Below are positions 1 through 13,619 of a stretch of DNA of 64,000 nucleotides, one piece after another. The notes below the pieces were generated by a model that worked only from the letters and a program-made list of their open reading frames with translations, made no database searches and was not told where the DNA came from. This DNA is from Geosiphon pyriformis uo1 (taxonomy: Eukaryota > Fungi > Glomeromycota). The translations under genes and the position numbers were made by a program. Location of the stretch: the NCBI GenBank assembly GCA_016748015.1, contig JAAOMT010000512.1, positions 1,991,024 through 2,055,023 of the forward strand, in the 5' to 3' direction. Position 1 is the first letter of the stretch. Every line of letters starts with the position of its first letter.

Positions 1-2
1 TT

Positions 3-404
3 TATTCTGTTTTGGATTATCCACTTTTGCCCAACGAGAGTATCTATCAGGCACTATTGGAGAGCTTGATAGATGCGCAACAAATAGACGAAGCTGAAAA
101 GCATTATACTCAAATGATCAACACATACAATATAAACTCCACAGCCTACATCGAAAATTTATTTATTCGTGGCTATGGACAATTAGGTAAATGGAAGGAT
201 GCCGAACAAGTTTTCAATAATATGTTGGATAATGATAACAAGGAGAAAGGACGGGTATCACGCGAGCCCAGCACCTATGAAGAACTGTTCAAGGCGTATA
301 TGAAAAGTGGCAAAGTAGAGAAAGCGAAAGAAGTAACGGAAATGATGGAAGCCAAAGGTTTCTCAAAGTTTCCGAGAAATAATGTGGCAGATTTGCTTCA
401 TTAG
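3..404 (+). CDS. 3' end of a pentatricopeptide-repeat (PPR) protein, truncated by the window start
   Basis: Frame open from position 3. Tandem ~35-aa PPR-like units: PNESIYQALLESLIDAQQIDEAEKHYTQM, IENLFIRGYGQLGKWKDAEQVFNNM, PSTYEELFKAYMKSGKVEKAKEVTEMMEAKG. Confidence 0.85.
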   Translation, partial: YSVLDYPLLPNESIYQALLESLIDAQQIDEAEKHYTQMINTYNINSTAYIENLFIRGYGQLGKWKDAEQVFNNMLDNDNKEKGRVSREPSTYEELFKAYMKSGKVEKAKEVTEMMEAKGFSKFPRNNVADLLH

Positions 405-419
405 TTAAAAACTGGCTTT

Positions 420-3000
420 TCCATTGATTGGCAAAACAAAAAAACTAGGCTAATTTATTTGGGAATTATTTTTTTGTATTTTCTATCTATTTTAACTTTT
501 ATAGAAAGTCCTTGTAATTTTTACCATAAATTTGAACCATTTCTCGAGTCTTTCAAGATTAAAACAAGTTTGTGAATCTGCTTGATTTTTTTATTAAACT
601 TGTAGCTTTCATAATCAAAAATTATTATTATAAAATATTTGATTTTTTTCAATAAAATAAAATCTTTTTTTTGTATTTACATTTTATAAAAACAAATATA
701 AAGTTTATATTATAAATTATAAAAATTGGTTTTTATTGTTTTTTTAACAAATGTGGTTTAATTATTATTTAAAATTACACAACATACAAATTATAAATTA
801 AACATAATTTATGTGTTTGCTATATATAACCAATTATTTAAGCTAATTAAAGCTATATTAGTATTTTTAAAACCAAACCCAAAAAGTCTATACTATTAGA
901 TAAATTATGATCAATAAAATACCAAAAATTATGCAATTAACAATATTTATACCAAAATAAATTAATAAACTTTTGTTAAAATTATTTTTGTAAATAATTA
1001 TCATATTAAAAATATGTGGTTTTTTAATAATATTTAGAATTATAAAATTATTATCAATAATTAGCTTTAGTTTTTTGTATATAAATTTTAATTTTGTATT
1101 AAAAAGCCAAATATGCTTACAATAATTAAATGTTAAATCATATATTAAAATAACAATATATATAGTTATTAATTTTTTAAAATAAAAAATTCTTAAAAAT
1201 TTAAAGTATTAAAACTTAAATATTAATTTTTTGTTAATATTATAAAAATATTATTATTATATTGGCCTAAATTTATAGCTATAATATTTAAACAAAATAA
1301 TTAAACAGAATATTAACTCTATTTATTCAAAAAATTTAACAATATTAAAATAATAACTTTTAATTATAATTATTAATAAAATACTAATTTTTTATTTATT
1401 GATTTTTTTTTGTTTTGTTAAATCGGTTGATTAAAAAAAAACATTAAAATTATAATATTAAAGTTTACTTAAATAAAAATATAAGAATAAATATAAAAGT
1501 ATTTATTAATAATTTGATTATTTATTAAAAAAGTAAACAGCAGAATAAATTAATTATATTAAAAAAATTAAAAATTAAATATTGTTAATTGTTATTATTT
1601 GAATTTTTGTTTATTATATAAAAAACTTAATCAATAAAATCTTTAAATCTACCAAAATTTTTAAATTTAAATTACCAAATTATATTAATTTTTAAATTTA
1701 AATTACTAAATTATATTATTAATTTATAAATTATATATTTACTTATAATAATATTTAAATTTAAGCATTTTTTATAATTAATATTATTTTTATTACTATT
1801 TTTATTAATTATTATAGCAGTTATATTATTGATTATAGTAGTTTAAAAAATTATTTTTTAATAATTATAATTATATAAACTTTAATTATTAAGACAAATT
1901 ACTTGTTTTTAATACAACTTAACCATTAAAAATCTGTTAACAATTTTAAAAATTTTAAACAAATCTTATAATTTTAAAGTTTATAAAACCAGAATTTTTA
2001 TTAAAATAAAATATTTTAATATTATTATTACTTATAAAATATAACAAAAAAAAAATAACAAATAAAAATATAATATAAATAATTAATAATATAGTATAGA
2101 TTATTAAAACATATAATATTAAAAATTGTAATAATTTTGTATTATAAAGATTTATATATATATAATAAAAATATTAAAAACAAAAAAAAAACAAGTTAAA
2201 TTAGAATTAAATTTAATTTATCTTACTAAATAACTTTTATAATTAGTAATTTAATATTTAAAATTTACACTTATTCAAAAATAAATTTATTGGTCATATT
2301 ATTCAAGTTCAATTTTATAAGTTTATATTTATCTTGTTAAAATTCAATTATTTTCTATTAATATTATTATTAGCAGAAATTTAAATTATCAATTAGCATA
2401 AAATTATTTTTATAATTTTTATTATTAATTAACATATATTATTATTTTAAATTATAATTTATTATCTTATTAAATTACCCAAATTATTATTTAATTAATA
2501 ACTTAATTTGTATAAAGACACAAATATAATTAAATTATAATAATTAAATCATGTAATATTTTAAACTATATAATCAAAATTTACCAAAATATTTAAAAAT
2601 TTGATAAAATACTTAATAATTTACTAAAATAATTAATAGTTTATAGAAATAATTTGTAATTTAATAAAATATATCTTTAATTTGCTAAAATATTAAGAAA
2701 AAAAAAGTGTTAAATCATAGAATAATATTATAACAAGCTATATAAAAAAAAGCTTTACTCTTCAAAAAAAAATATTTTATTTAAATTAATTTTAACTTAA
2801 TATTATTTTTTTACAAATCAATTTAATAAAAATTATTTTAAAAATGCAAAATTTTTAATTATTATTGCTTTAAAATTATCTATTCTAAACTAATATTTTG
2901 AAATTAATTAACTATTAAATTTAATAACTGTTAATATTTTTATATTTAAATTCGAAATAACTTTATTAAATTTATTTCTTAACAAAATATTACAAAAAAA
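420..3000. other. Extremely AT-rich desert, at least partly decayed repeat
   Basis: Almost no G/C and no ORFs; contains a recognisable decayed LTR (1290-1750). Confidence 0.8.
1290..1750 (+). mobile_element. Heavily decayed LTR remnant, same family as 18043-19008 (left boundary approximate)
   Basis: 1349-1395 aataataacttttaattataattattaataaaatactaattttt aligns to LTR 18532-18575 aacaataacttttaatcacagttattgacagaatactaattttt. 1617-1750 follows the LTR 3' end; terminal cttataata corresponds to cttgtaaca. Confidence 0.65.
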
Positions 3001-3114
3001 CTTCTTTCTCTTTTACCTCCAAAAATCCTCAAAGAGCACATTTTCTGTAAAAAGAAGTTTTTTGTTTTTTTAGTCTATATCAATATTTCTTTACCTAATA
3101 ATAACCCATTTTTT

Positions 3115-4998
3115 GTGGATATGGAGGCTACTGCTAGTAGCACCACAACTAAGAAAAAGGCTCTTAAGAACACTTTTTATGGTCCTGTTGGTGGTTCCTT
3201 TTCTCAAAAGAAGAAAGTTGTTCTTGGCAATGTCAAATACTCTGGTGATGAAAAAAATATATCCTTGAACAGATCTGGATCTGGTAATAGTATTTATTCT
3301 GATGTGAAAAGTCTTTCTGGTGAGAATAAGATTGTTAGCATGTCTGGTATAGATGGTGGATCTCTTTTGGGCTCAGCTGCTACTACACCTAAGGTGAAAT
3401 GAATTAACACTAGTGCTGTTTTTGGTTCTCTATTCAGCTCTCCCAACTTTCATATAAATAATGATGAAGTTGTGCTCTCTCCTTACTTGTCTATCTTTTT
3501 TGAAAAGAAGTGGATTGATCCAAAAGTCATCAAAACTTCTGTGGAGGTGTCAGTCAAAAAGTCATTTGCTTTGGATATTAATCTTTCAGCTATAGAAGAG
3601 AAATCAGCAACAGCAAAAACTCAGTTAATTAAAAAAATTTTTTTATTAGTCAATGGTTTTGGAGGGGCCATTACTTCCTTAAAATTTAAGGGGATCATTA
3701 GATTAACATTTACTTCTGAAAAGAACATGATTAAGACTGCATCATTGGCCAGAGAAAAAGAAATCAACATAAACAGCAATCTCAAAAAACAAAAAATCTG
3801 TTCAGATTGGACTTTGGTCATCAAAAAAATTCCCATAGACACACCAAAGGAAATGATTATCACTGCTCTAGTTGAGTTTGGCAAAATTAAGTTAATTAAA
3901 ATTCAACTTATTGGCATGTGGCAAAAAACTGTGGTAGAATTTGCTAATTCAGATTAGGCTGAGCAACTGGCATCTAAATAGTTCTTCTTTATTGGGAAAG
4001 ATTCTGTGCATGTGGCTATGGCTGTGGGAAATTGTGATATCTGGGCATCAAGAAATAGATTCAGAGCTTTGTTGTTTACTTTGCCAGTAAAAATGACTGC
4101 TCATGATTTGAGCACTCTTTTAGATGGGGCTAGTGAGAAAACTTGTGTCATCAATCAGTTAATAAAGTCTGGTAACTGAGTTTGCTGTGCTGTAATTGGT
4201 TTCAAATCTGAGAAGGACTTAGAATCTGTATTTCACACTGTGCTGATATTTGGTAGCATTAAGCTTTTATGGACTAGAATGGATTTGGTTCATTGTGAAA
4301 AGTGTGAGCACTTCAGTCATTCTGCTTTGGAGTGTAACACACTGACTGTATCTCTTTCCAAGTCTTCAAAACCTGTTGTAAAAATCCCTTTAGAAGAATG
4401 TCATCTTCAGTTGGCTAAGTTGTATGTGAAAAAAAGTGTTCCTATCTCCCATTCTGCTGCCTTTGGTGGCAAGTTTTGGGTGCAAGTGGTTTTGCTTGCT
4501 TCTTCTTCTGGTGGTTCTTGTTTCACTTCCAGTTTTGGATCTGGCTCTCTTCCTCCTGGTATGTCAACTGATAAAAGTAAACCAATAGTTGCTTAGAATG
4601 ACTCCTTAATTGCCAATTGTTTGGCTTCACTAGAACGTTCTTTGGAATTGTTGACTGATCAAGTTTCAAGTATTTTGCACAGATTAAATGATATTGAGCT
4701 GGTGCCTTTAGTGCCTGTGTCCCAAGTTATGCTCCCAGTTGTGCCTGCTTTTGCATTGTTAACCTCAGACACCAACATAGTTTTGGATGTCCCACAGCCA
4801 CCTCTTTCTCCTTCTTTTCCAGTTGCAGAAGAAAAGGTAGTGAATTTGGGTCTGAGCAGTTCAAAGGTTCTTACTTTCAAAGTCGGCAGTCTGGAATCTA
4901 AGATAGTGGCTCTTGAAGTTTCTATTGACTCAATTTTGAGGAAGTTGGATCTGTTGTGCATAAATTCAGGTTCTTTGGTATATTTTTTACATCAATAA
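3115..4998 (+). pseudogene. LINE ORF1 (gag-like: RRM-like region, CCHC knuckle, coiled coil)
   Basis: ORF fragments 3115, 3472, 4240 and 4621 are all in one frame. CEKCEHFSHSALEC is C-x2-C-x4-H-x4-C; heptad region LASLERSLELLTDQVSSILHRL. Confidence 0.88.
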
Positions 4999-7900
4999 AT
5001 AAGTTCAGTTGGAAAGTGGCTACATGTAATATTAGGGATATGTCAAATTTAGCTAAACAAAAGGACATTGTTCATTGACATAAAAATTTGAGTAACATGA
5101 TTTCTATTATTACTGAGACAAAATTAAGGTCTGACATTAGGTCTTGGATCATAAATAAATTTGATGGACTTTGGGTTTTTACTTCTGGTTTGGATGTTGG
5201 GTTTCATGATGCTAGAATTGCTATAATTATGAACAATTCTTTGGCTTGGCATGTTTTGAAAGTGGATAAAATTTCTGGTCCTTTGATTTCTGTATGCCTT
5301 CTGTTTAAGAACAAGCTTTCAGTTACAATTTTGGGTCTATATGCTGGTGCATCTATTAACACATGATTCAGACAAGCTGCTAATATCAATTCTATGATTT
5401 CTAAGATGGTTAACTCCAGCTTTTTTGTGGTTTTGGGTGGTGACTTTAATAAAAATGGGTCTGGCAAAAGTGCAAGTTTCAAATTCTGTTTGGGTTTGGG
5501 CCTGGTTAATACTTTTGATGGACACTCATTGGCCAAGGCTTCTATCTGGAGCAATTCTAAAGGGGTTAAGAAGATAATTGATTTTATTTTAGTTAGTGAG
5601 AATTTGGCATCTGCAGTGGCATCACATTTTGTCAATGGTGTGTCTGAGTTTTTTGATACAAATTATAAGTCAGTTTCCATTACAATTGGTTTGAGTGGAC
5701 TGCTAGATATACATCTTATTAGTATTCACAGACAAGCCAACTGGAACTGGTGGAAATTCAAATTGAAGGATGCAAATAATGCTCATTGGTTAAGCTTTAA
5801 AGACTGCTCTTCTGCCAAGTTGTTGGCTAAGTCAGATATGTTTAAGGAGGCAAAAGTCAATGATAACTTGAACACAATGTGGAAAATATTGGAAGAGGCC
5901 ATAGTACAGACTGCTAACACAGCTTTTTTTAAAGTCTAGTATAGTGAATACGACTGTTTGAGAAATAAACAATCTTTCAAATTCTTTAAATTAAAGCTGT
6001 TTATTGCAAAGGTTGTGAAATGTTGGAACTCTGATAACATCCTGAATTTCAACTGCCTTATCAAAATATGGTTGGCTATTGATGTAGTCAAAGCTTCCAA
6101 GATTGATAGCATAGTTTTGAATAGTGTAAGCTCAATGAAGTTGATCAAACATTTGTCAGTAATAAAGAAAAGATATTGTAAATCCAAGTATTGTAAGTCT
6201 AAGATTGCTGGAGATACTGCTATAAGAAAGACAATTGACTAATGTATGGAGAACTTTTGTTCTGACAAAAAAAAGATGATAAAGAGCATTCTTGAACGTC
6301 CTTTTCACAAGATGGTTTTGGATCACTTGGTGGTGAATGATGAGCTGGTGATTAAACCTAATAAGATAAAGCTTAAGATTAATAAAATTATGAAAGGGTG
6401 GACAAGGAAAAGATTGGTTCTTCCCAAAATACCTGATCTCTAAACTTGACAATATATGCCTCTGAATTATGTAGATGATAATGCTTTTTCTGGTATAATG
6501 AATAAAATTAGTGTGGAAGAATTATCTCTGGTTGTTGATAATCTGCCAAATGATAAAGCAGCTGGATTATCAGAAATACCTAATGAACTTTGAAAGCATT
6601 GTGGTGAGGAGGTTTTGGCCTGTCTTTTGAAATTGTTGAATTTGTGTTTGAGTATGGGTGTAGTTTCTAATTTGTGGAAAGAAATGTGGATTTCAATAAT
6701 TCCGAAACCTTATAAGTGAAATGGTGTTCTAACAAATACTAAACCTATTGCATTAATTAAAACAACATGTAAAATACTATCTAAGATCCTATCTGATCAA
6801 ATATTTTTGGCTTGTAACAAGTCTAATGTTCTTTGTGGTGACAATTTTTTGGTGTTAAAGAGTACTTCAACCCAGTCTCCTATTTTTGCTATTGGCTCAA
6901 TCATTGAGGATGCTTTGGAGAAAAACAGAGAGCTTTGGTTGATGCTGCAGGATATGTACAAAGCTTATAATTCAGTAGACTGGCATTATTTGCAAGTGAG
7001 CTTGCGTTACATCAAAATTTGTGAATGTTTTATCCAATTTTTCAGTGGCATTCATGGGGACTGGGTCAACAGAGTGATGACTGATTTTGGCAGATGGTTA
7101 TAAAGTACATGATGAATTGGATCAAGGGGAGATTTTTTTCCCACTGCTTTAAAGAATATTTTATGATCCACTTTTGTGTGAAGTGAAAAGACATAAGCAC
7201 TTGTGCAGGTATAGAATTAATTTTAAGTTTGTAACAAAGTCTGGCAGAATTAAGGCAAGTGGTAGAAAAACTTCTTTTTTAGCTGCAGGTGCTTTTGTTG
7301 ATAATATGATTTAGGTTAGAAGTAGTCAGGCATCTATGCAGTATATTTTAAACATTGCAAGTGAATTTTTTGTAATCAATGACATCTTAATTAATAATGA
7401 TAAGACAGTAGTGATTCCTATTAATCAGGAAGTTAGGAATGCTTTGCTATTAATCAATGGATTGCCAATTTTGATTGCTAAAAAGAGTAAGTCACACCAA
7501 TATTTAGGTATCTTCCTGTCAACTGAAGGTCTCTCTAAGTTCAGTTTGGCTCAAGCCCATAAGGATGTCAGGTTTTTTTCTAATATAGTGTTAAGGAAAG
7601 CTATTATGAACAAACAATTCTGTTATTTGGTTTTGGCAGTTTTGCAATTCATTGTTAGCTATTATATGCAGTTCAGTTTTGTTACTTTAGATATGTGTTG
7701 TAAATGGAATATTATGATTAGAAAAGATCTTAGGGCCAAAGCTGGTTTATTGCATGACTTTCTCAGTAAAGTCTTGCATCACCCTTTTTTATATGGTTTG
7801 AAGCTCTTTGAGCAAGTACAGTCTGAAAAAAAGCTGGCATCACTGGTTTCATTTTCTAATGGCCACAGCATTCTTGGACAATTGTTTGATCATAGATTTT

Positions 7901-9681
7901 TAGACTTGCAGGTGCTGAGATAGTCTCTTCTGAACCCTTTGCAATTTCTTGTTAGGTTGTGTGTTAGTTCTGTAAACAATTTTTTGGCAGGAATAGTGAA
8001 AATTTTTTTGGTGAATGAATTGTCTTTAGCAAATAATTTACCTTGTGCCTTTTATGGGTCTGGTGATTTTCCATTATCTGGTATTTTGGGTCAGTCTTTG
8101 TATTATGAATTCGTTTTTTTATTGAAGCATTTTGGTGTTGCTTTTAGAGACAGAATTCTTGACAAGAAAAGGAAGGTAATGGACTGAAAAACATTTTGGT
8201 GTTGGAAGCAATTGAACCTGAAAGGCCCTGTGCCTTACTGGTTTTTTTTGATGTCTGATTTTATGAACAATACTGTTTTTTGGGGGGTCAGTGTTGCTAC
8301 TGCTACTAAGAGGGATGTGCTGAGTGTTTTGAATTCTGATAATTTCTCTGAGGTTCATGATAGTCTACTGGAGGTGTGGTCTAATCACATTGAGATTTAT
8401 ACAGATGGGTCCTTAAGATGTGCTGGTTCTGTTAAGATAACAGATAGAGCAGCTGCATACTTTTCAGCTGTGAATGCAGGCATTGGAGTTAAGGTCACTG
8501 GACTTTTGTCCTCTACTTTAACTGAGCTGCAGGCTGTGGTTTTGGCTTTAGAATGTGTTCCATCTTTTTGTTTAATGATTTTGTACTCAGATAGTCAATC
8601 TGTAATTGATGCCTACATTTCTGAAGCTTCTTCAACTACACCTGACTTCCATTACCAATGTTGAATTGAAAGATTGCAAATTGTTAATCTTCTTAAAAAC
8701 AAAAATATTTCAATTGAGTGGGTAAAGATTAAAGGACATTCAGATATATTGGGCAACATAAGAGCTGATGCACTGGCTAATAAAGCTACTTCCTCGTCTC
8801 TTTCTTTGCTAGTTAATATTCAGAAGAGGTTTTTAATTGCTGAGAAAACTGCCATATCTGGCAATGTTTATCATTTTGCTTGGAACTTACACCAGTCAGT
8901 ATGCTATGCTTATTAGGAGGCTGGTCTGGGTTTTAATATAGTTCTAGATGTTATGATTAAGAACATAGATTGGAATGCTATTGCAACAATTTGGCATCCT
9001 GATTTGCACATGCTTTCTGGATTTACCAATAAGAAATCAGCCAATTTGCACATGTATTTAATAAAGACTGTATATAAGCAGCTGCTAGTTGTAGTTAGAA
9101 AAAAGTTGTATGACTGAAGTTATCCTGGTGTTTTGTGTTTGTTATGTGGTAAGGTGGAGTTCTCTGATTATGTTTTTGCTTATTCTGATGACTCTGATCT
9201 CTATGGAGACATTTTGGTTGATGCTGCTGAAAAATAAATGTCAATGCCTGGTCTTTTACATTTGTCTTCATCTGCTGTTCTGCTCTCACTTTTGTCATGT
9301 TCTTTAGATATAAGTCTTTATACAGCATTGTACAAGGGTTTTGTAATGAAAAATTGGTATGCTGAAGCTGTTTTAGTTTTTGAGGAAAAGAAGAAAGCTA
9401 CTTAGACTCTCATGAAATATGTCAGATTTGTGGTAGAGTTGCAGCACACCAGAATTTAAAATATTAGGGCCAAGCATAGAGTGGAAATAAAAATGGCTGG
9501 CTTGGTTGGGGTTAATGGTGTAGTTTCTGGCTTGTTCAACAGTGTAGTTTCTATGTTGTTGGCTGGTGTTGTCCATATATTTGGTGTTATAGAATCTTTT
9601 GCTCTTAGGTTTGGTAGATGCAAATTGTGTCACTTTTTCTTTGGTTTGAGTGGTAATGCTTTTGTTACCATAAGTGTGTAG
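4995..9681 (+). pseudogene. LINE ORF2: apurinic endonuclease, reverse transcriptase, RNase H, C-terminal Cys motif
   Basis: APE motifs: ITETKL, LGGDFN, IIDFIL. RT motifs: LQDMYKAYNSV, QGE, AFVDN (FVDD in the copy near 60450). RNase H motifs: IYTDGSL, TELQA, SDSQ, KGHSDILGNIRAD. C-terminal CLLCG. One frameshift near 7095 plus many nonsense changes. Confidence 0.92.
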
Positions 9682-10019
9682 TGTTGCCTTGTCTGGCCTA
9701 AGTGGCTGGCCACATGTAATCTTTGCATGAGCTGTATTTAGTTGGTTCTATTTAGTCTGGTTCTATGTACTAGATAACAGTTGGACTTCACTCATAAAAC
9801 TTGTAATAAAATAAATTTCATGTTTTTTTTTAGTTTATTTTATTTTATTTTATTTTATTATTATTAAATAGTCTATAATCGAGATTTTTTGTAAAAAAAT
9901 TGACTTTTATAACAAAGTAATTATACACATTATTTAAAAAGTTAATAAATAAAATTTTTTTATAAAATAATTGATACAAAATTGGCTATTTTATTATAAA
10001 TTCAACAATATATACAATT

Positions 10020-10542
10020 TAAAGTATAAAAAAATATTTTAAAAAATAAATTAGCTTATTAAAAATTTACTAGCTTCTATTAAACTACAGAATTAACAGC
10101 AAAATACTATTAATAATATTAAAAAAAAAGTAAAAACTTCTAATAATAATATTAATAGTATTAAAATAATATTATTAACAATATTAAAACAATAATTCTT
10201 AATTATAATTATTAACAAAATATTGATATTCTATTTTTATTTTTATTTTTATTTTTGTTGTTTTATATTTACTAATTAATTAAAAAAAAGTACTAAAATT
10301 ACAACATTAAAGATTTTTTAGTAAAAAAACTCCAAAAAAGTGTAAAATATAGTTAAAAAACTATAATTGCTTATTAAAAAAATAAAAAACACCAAAATAA
10401 ACTAATTATTATATTAAAAAACTAGATATTAAATATTATTTACTATATAAAGAATTTTATTTTAAAATCTTCAAAAAATTTTTAAATTAAGAAATTACTA
10501 ATTTAAATATTAAGTTAATAATTTAAAAACTTATTTATAATA
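10020..10542 (+). mobile_element. Heavily decayed LTR remnant (left boundary approximate)
   Basis: 10188-10216 matches the LTR hairpin motif. 10240-10340 matches LTR 18590-18700 (tttactaattaattaaaaaaaa). It ends ttatttataata, corresponding to tcatttgtaaca. Confidence 0.65.
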
Positions 10543-10779
10543 TTATTAAATTTATATAAAATTTAAAAACCAGTTTTTTTTTAATTTTAATTTTATTACA
10601 ATAAAAATAATATTGTTTAATTTTCTATGTTATCTAATAATATTATTTTGTTTTGCAAAAATTTTTATATTATAAATATTATATACCATTTTTTTAAATA
10701 TATATAATTGTTACAAATAAAATTTACTAAATTTTAAAAATAAAAGTATATAATTATTAATATATATTAATATATATTT

Positions 10780-13057
10780 TTTAACTCTTTGTTTCCTTAA
10801 TTTTATGACCATGACCAAAGCAAAGAGTAAAAAAGCTGCACCTAATATCTGTCTTAAAATATTTAATAAAATTTCAACCAGAGAAGTTCTTTCTGTTGTA
10901 GAAGCAATTAAGCAGAACATTTTAAAAGTCTTTCCCTTACCCAGTAATTGTGATAAGTTGTCTTTGGTAGCCACTGAAGCAACTTCCTTATTTTTAGCTG
11001 GTTTTTTACCAGTCAAAGTTCCCTCAAAGAGACACACTTGAATTAGTCCCAGTGTTGCCTCTACCCTGACTAAGAGCCCAAAAGTTTTTAATAATAGATT
11101 AGTAAATAAGCTGGTCTTCCCCTCTATAGATTCAACACCTGGTGCTTTTACTACCACCTCTTCAAAAAAAATGATCAAAAAGACCAAAAGTTCAGAAAAG
11201 TGGGGGCAGTTGCTTGCCTCTGCTATTGTTACACCAAACTCCTTTGTGGTTCCCAATAAAATCTTAGATAAAATCTCTATAGCATTATCCAGCACATCAT
11301 CCAAGATGGGCCAAAATCAACCACTAGCTGTGTTGCCAAATATGGTGTCTTTCAGTAGATCATCACCAGTTTTAGAAACAAAGCAATCTTCTCCTGTTGA
11401 GTCATCTGTTCTTGAGAACTGGACTGATTAAATGGAAACTGAATCATCTTCTCCTCTAGTTTCTGGTGCTATTTCTGGTGGTGCTTGGGAAACTATTATT
11501 AGTTATTAAAGGTTTACTGAATGAGTGGCCTCCATTCTGGTATCTGGTGCTACTTTTAAGATCAAATTGGCTTATGTTAAGATTGTTTTTCAATCAGTAC
11601 ATGGTTTCTTGGGTGTAAAGTCAGTATCAAAAGACAATATGAAGCTGTTTTGTGTGGAGTTTGCTTTTCAAGTGTCTTTGGAAGCTGTATTCTTAGTTGA
11701 ACTTACAAGCTTTGTACATTTGGCCACCCTCAAAATTGCCAAGTCTTTGGTAATTTCTGAGTCTGGTTTCCCTTCTGCTGCTATTGCACTGTGCAATGTG
11801 CCCTTGGGTGTGTTTGCTGCTGACATTAAGACAGCTCTTAGTGTGTTTGGTAGTGTCACTCGTGTTGTGCTGAAGCCTGCTGGTGTTTGGCAGTATGTGG
11901 TGGTTTATTTTGAGAAGTTAGATTCTGCTGTGTCTGCTTTGAATCATTGGTTAATATTGGTAGACAAGGATAGTGTTAGAATCTTTCCCTTGGTGAATCA
12001 AAATGAGACTATTTTGTCTCATGATAGGTTTAAGGCCAAGTTGGTCAATTTTTCTCCTGGCTGTACTGCCTTTGAAATCAGTAATATGATTTCTCAGATT
12101 GGTGACCAGACTTGTTTTATTCCTTGGTCTTCTGATTTTGGTTGTTGTCTTCACTTTGCTCTAGTTACATTTGGCTCCCAAGCTGATTTGGATCTTGCTG
12201 TTACCAATACTGGTATGCTTAAAAAGTGCTGTATCTGGTGGGAGACTCCTAATTGTTTTTGGTGTTAAGAAACAGGTCACTTGGCTGTAGACTGTAAAGT
12301 TGCTTTATCTCCCTTTCCTAAGGCTTCCAAAGTGTTCAAATCATATTTTGTTGGTTTTTTGTTTTATGCTAAGGCATTTGCTTCTCCTGTTATGTCTGAA
12401 TTTCCTCTTTTGGTGGCTTCCGCCCCTCCTATGACTGTTGTTGATCCTGTTGTTAGGTCCAAATTGGACTTTTTGGAAAAGCAAATTTCGGATTTGGCTG
12501 CTTTGATAAAGTCTATTGTTGAGCTTGTTGGCTTTTTGGTTGCCTTGGTATCTCATCTCCTTGATAATAATGTTGTTAAGACTGTTTAGTTAAAAAAAGA
12601 TCTCTTTTCTATAAAATATGTTTCTAACAATTTTGCCAATCTTTTGGTTGGTGTGTCTAAGGATATTGCTTGTCTTAGATCTGAAGTTGACTTTGGTGGC
12701 ATGGATTATGATGATATGCAGGCTGCCAAACCTTTTTTCTTAAGTGAGAACACTATTGAGCATGTTATAGCTTTGTGGCGGATGTCGGGTCCTGAGGTTA
12801 GAAGTAGTGTTGAATCTATTAGATTATTTCTTAGTGAGTTTATTTTTGATTCTAGGAATCTGAATGGTGTTATTGAAAAAATTTGTGGGTTGGAATTACT
12901 CTCATCTCCTATTGTTTTAGCATAGTGTGTTCTTAATTGGTCTGAGTGACTAGTCATATATAGAAAGCACATGATTAACATCTAGTTTAGATCATTTCTT
13001 TGGTGTATAATATTAGATTGTTTTTGGACTGTACTCATTAAGCAAATAAAAAAAAAA
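10780..13057 (+). mobile_element. ORF1-only non-autonomous retroelement (HAL1-like) sharing the LINE 3' UTR
   Basis: One long ORF1-like frame and no ORF2. The ~130-nt 3' UTR is collinear with that of the LINE at 57940-58073 and ends gcaaat-poly(A). Confidence 0.8.
10805..12925 (+). pseudogene. ~706-codon divergent LINE ORF1-like protein (RRM-like, CCHC, coiled coil)
   Basis: Fragments 10805, 11171, 11525, 12281 and 12644 share one frame with only in-frame stops. CFWC*ETGHLAVDC knuckle. NVPLGVFAADIKTALSVFGSVTRVVLKPAGVWQYVVVYF parallels ORF1 KIPIDTPKEMIITALVEFGKIKLIKIQLIGMWQKTVVEF. Confidence 0.8.
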
Positions 13058-13619
13058 TATATATATTATTAAATTTAATATTATATTAATTAACTTTTTT
13101 ATTTATTTTTATAGGTTTAAATAAATTTTAAAACTTATTAATAAATATACTTGAATTTTATTTATTATTATATTTTTTTTTAATTTTAATAAAAAAAGTT
13201 TATTAATAAAACAAATTACAAAACTATTAGTTTAAGTATATTTAATTTATTAATTTGTTTTATAAAATTAATAAAATTGTATTTTAATTTAGCAAAATAC
13301 AAATTACAAAAACTTGAAATTAAAAATAAATTTAATATTTAAAAATAAATTTAATTCAATTTTAATAAAATATATAAACAAATTTACAAAAAAAATTCTT
13401 AATAATTTGTATTTAAGTTTTTTTATCAAAAAAATAAGATAATTAATAAGAACTAATTATAATTTTAACAAATTTTTTTTAATATATTTTTGAACTTATA
13501 TATTAAAACTCTATTTTAAATATATATTATTAAAAACTAAAATTATTTTAAAACTATTTTTTAAAGTTTTTTTCTTTTTAATCACAACAAAAATAAAGAA
13601 TTATCAAAAAAATAGCTTT

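Larger units (their letters stand above)
3000..9815 (+). mobile_element. Near full-length non-LTR retrotransposon (LINE with ORF1 and APE-RT-RNase H ORF2), inactivated
   Basis: Two consecutive stop-interrupted ORFs, a conserved 3' UTR and an A-rich end. The 5' boundary is approximate. Confidence 0.93.

Noticed and set aside
10711-11304. 197-aa antisense ORF and other antisense ORFs over TE coding regions
   Set aside because: Shadow frames of the TE ORFs with no independent motifs.
3115-12925. In-frame TGA/TAA/TAG codons as recoding (selenocysteine or alternative code)
   Set aside because: Stops map to former Trp/Gln/Arg codons, differ between copies and are absent from host genes; they are mutational decay.
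10755-13070. Possible TSD (atatatatt) around the ORF1-only element
   Set aside because: The flanks are nearly pure AT, so the match is not significant.
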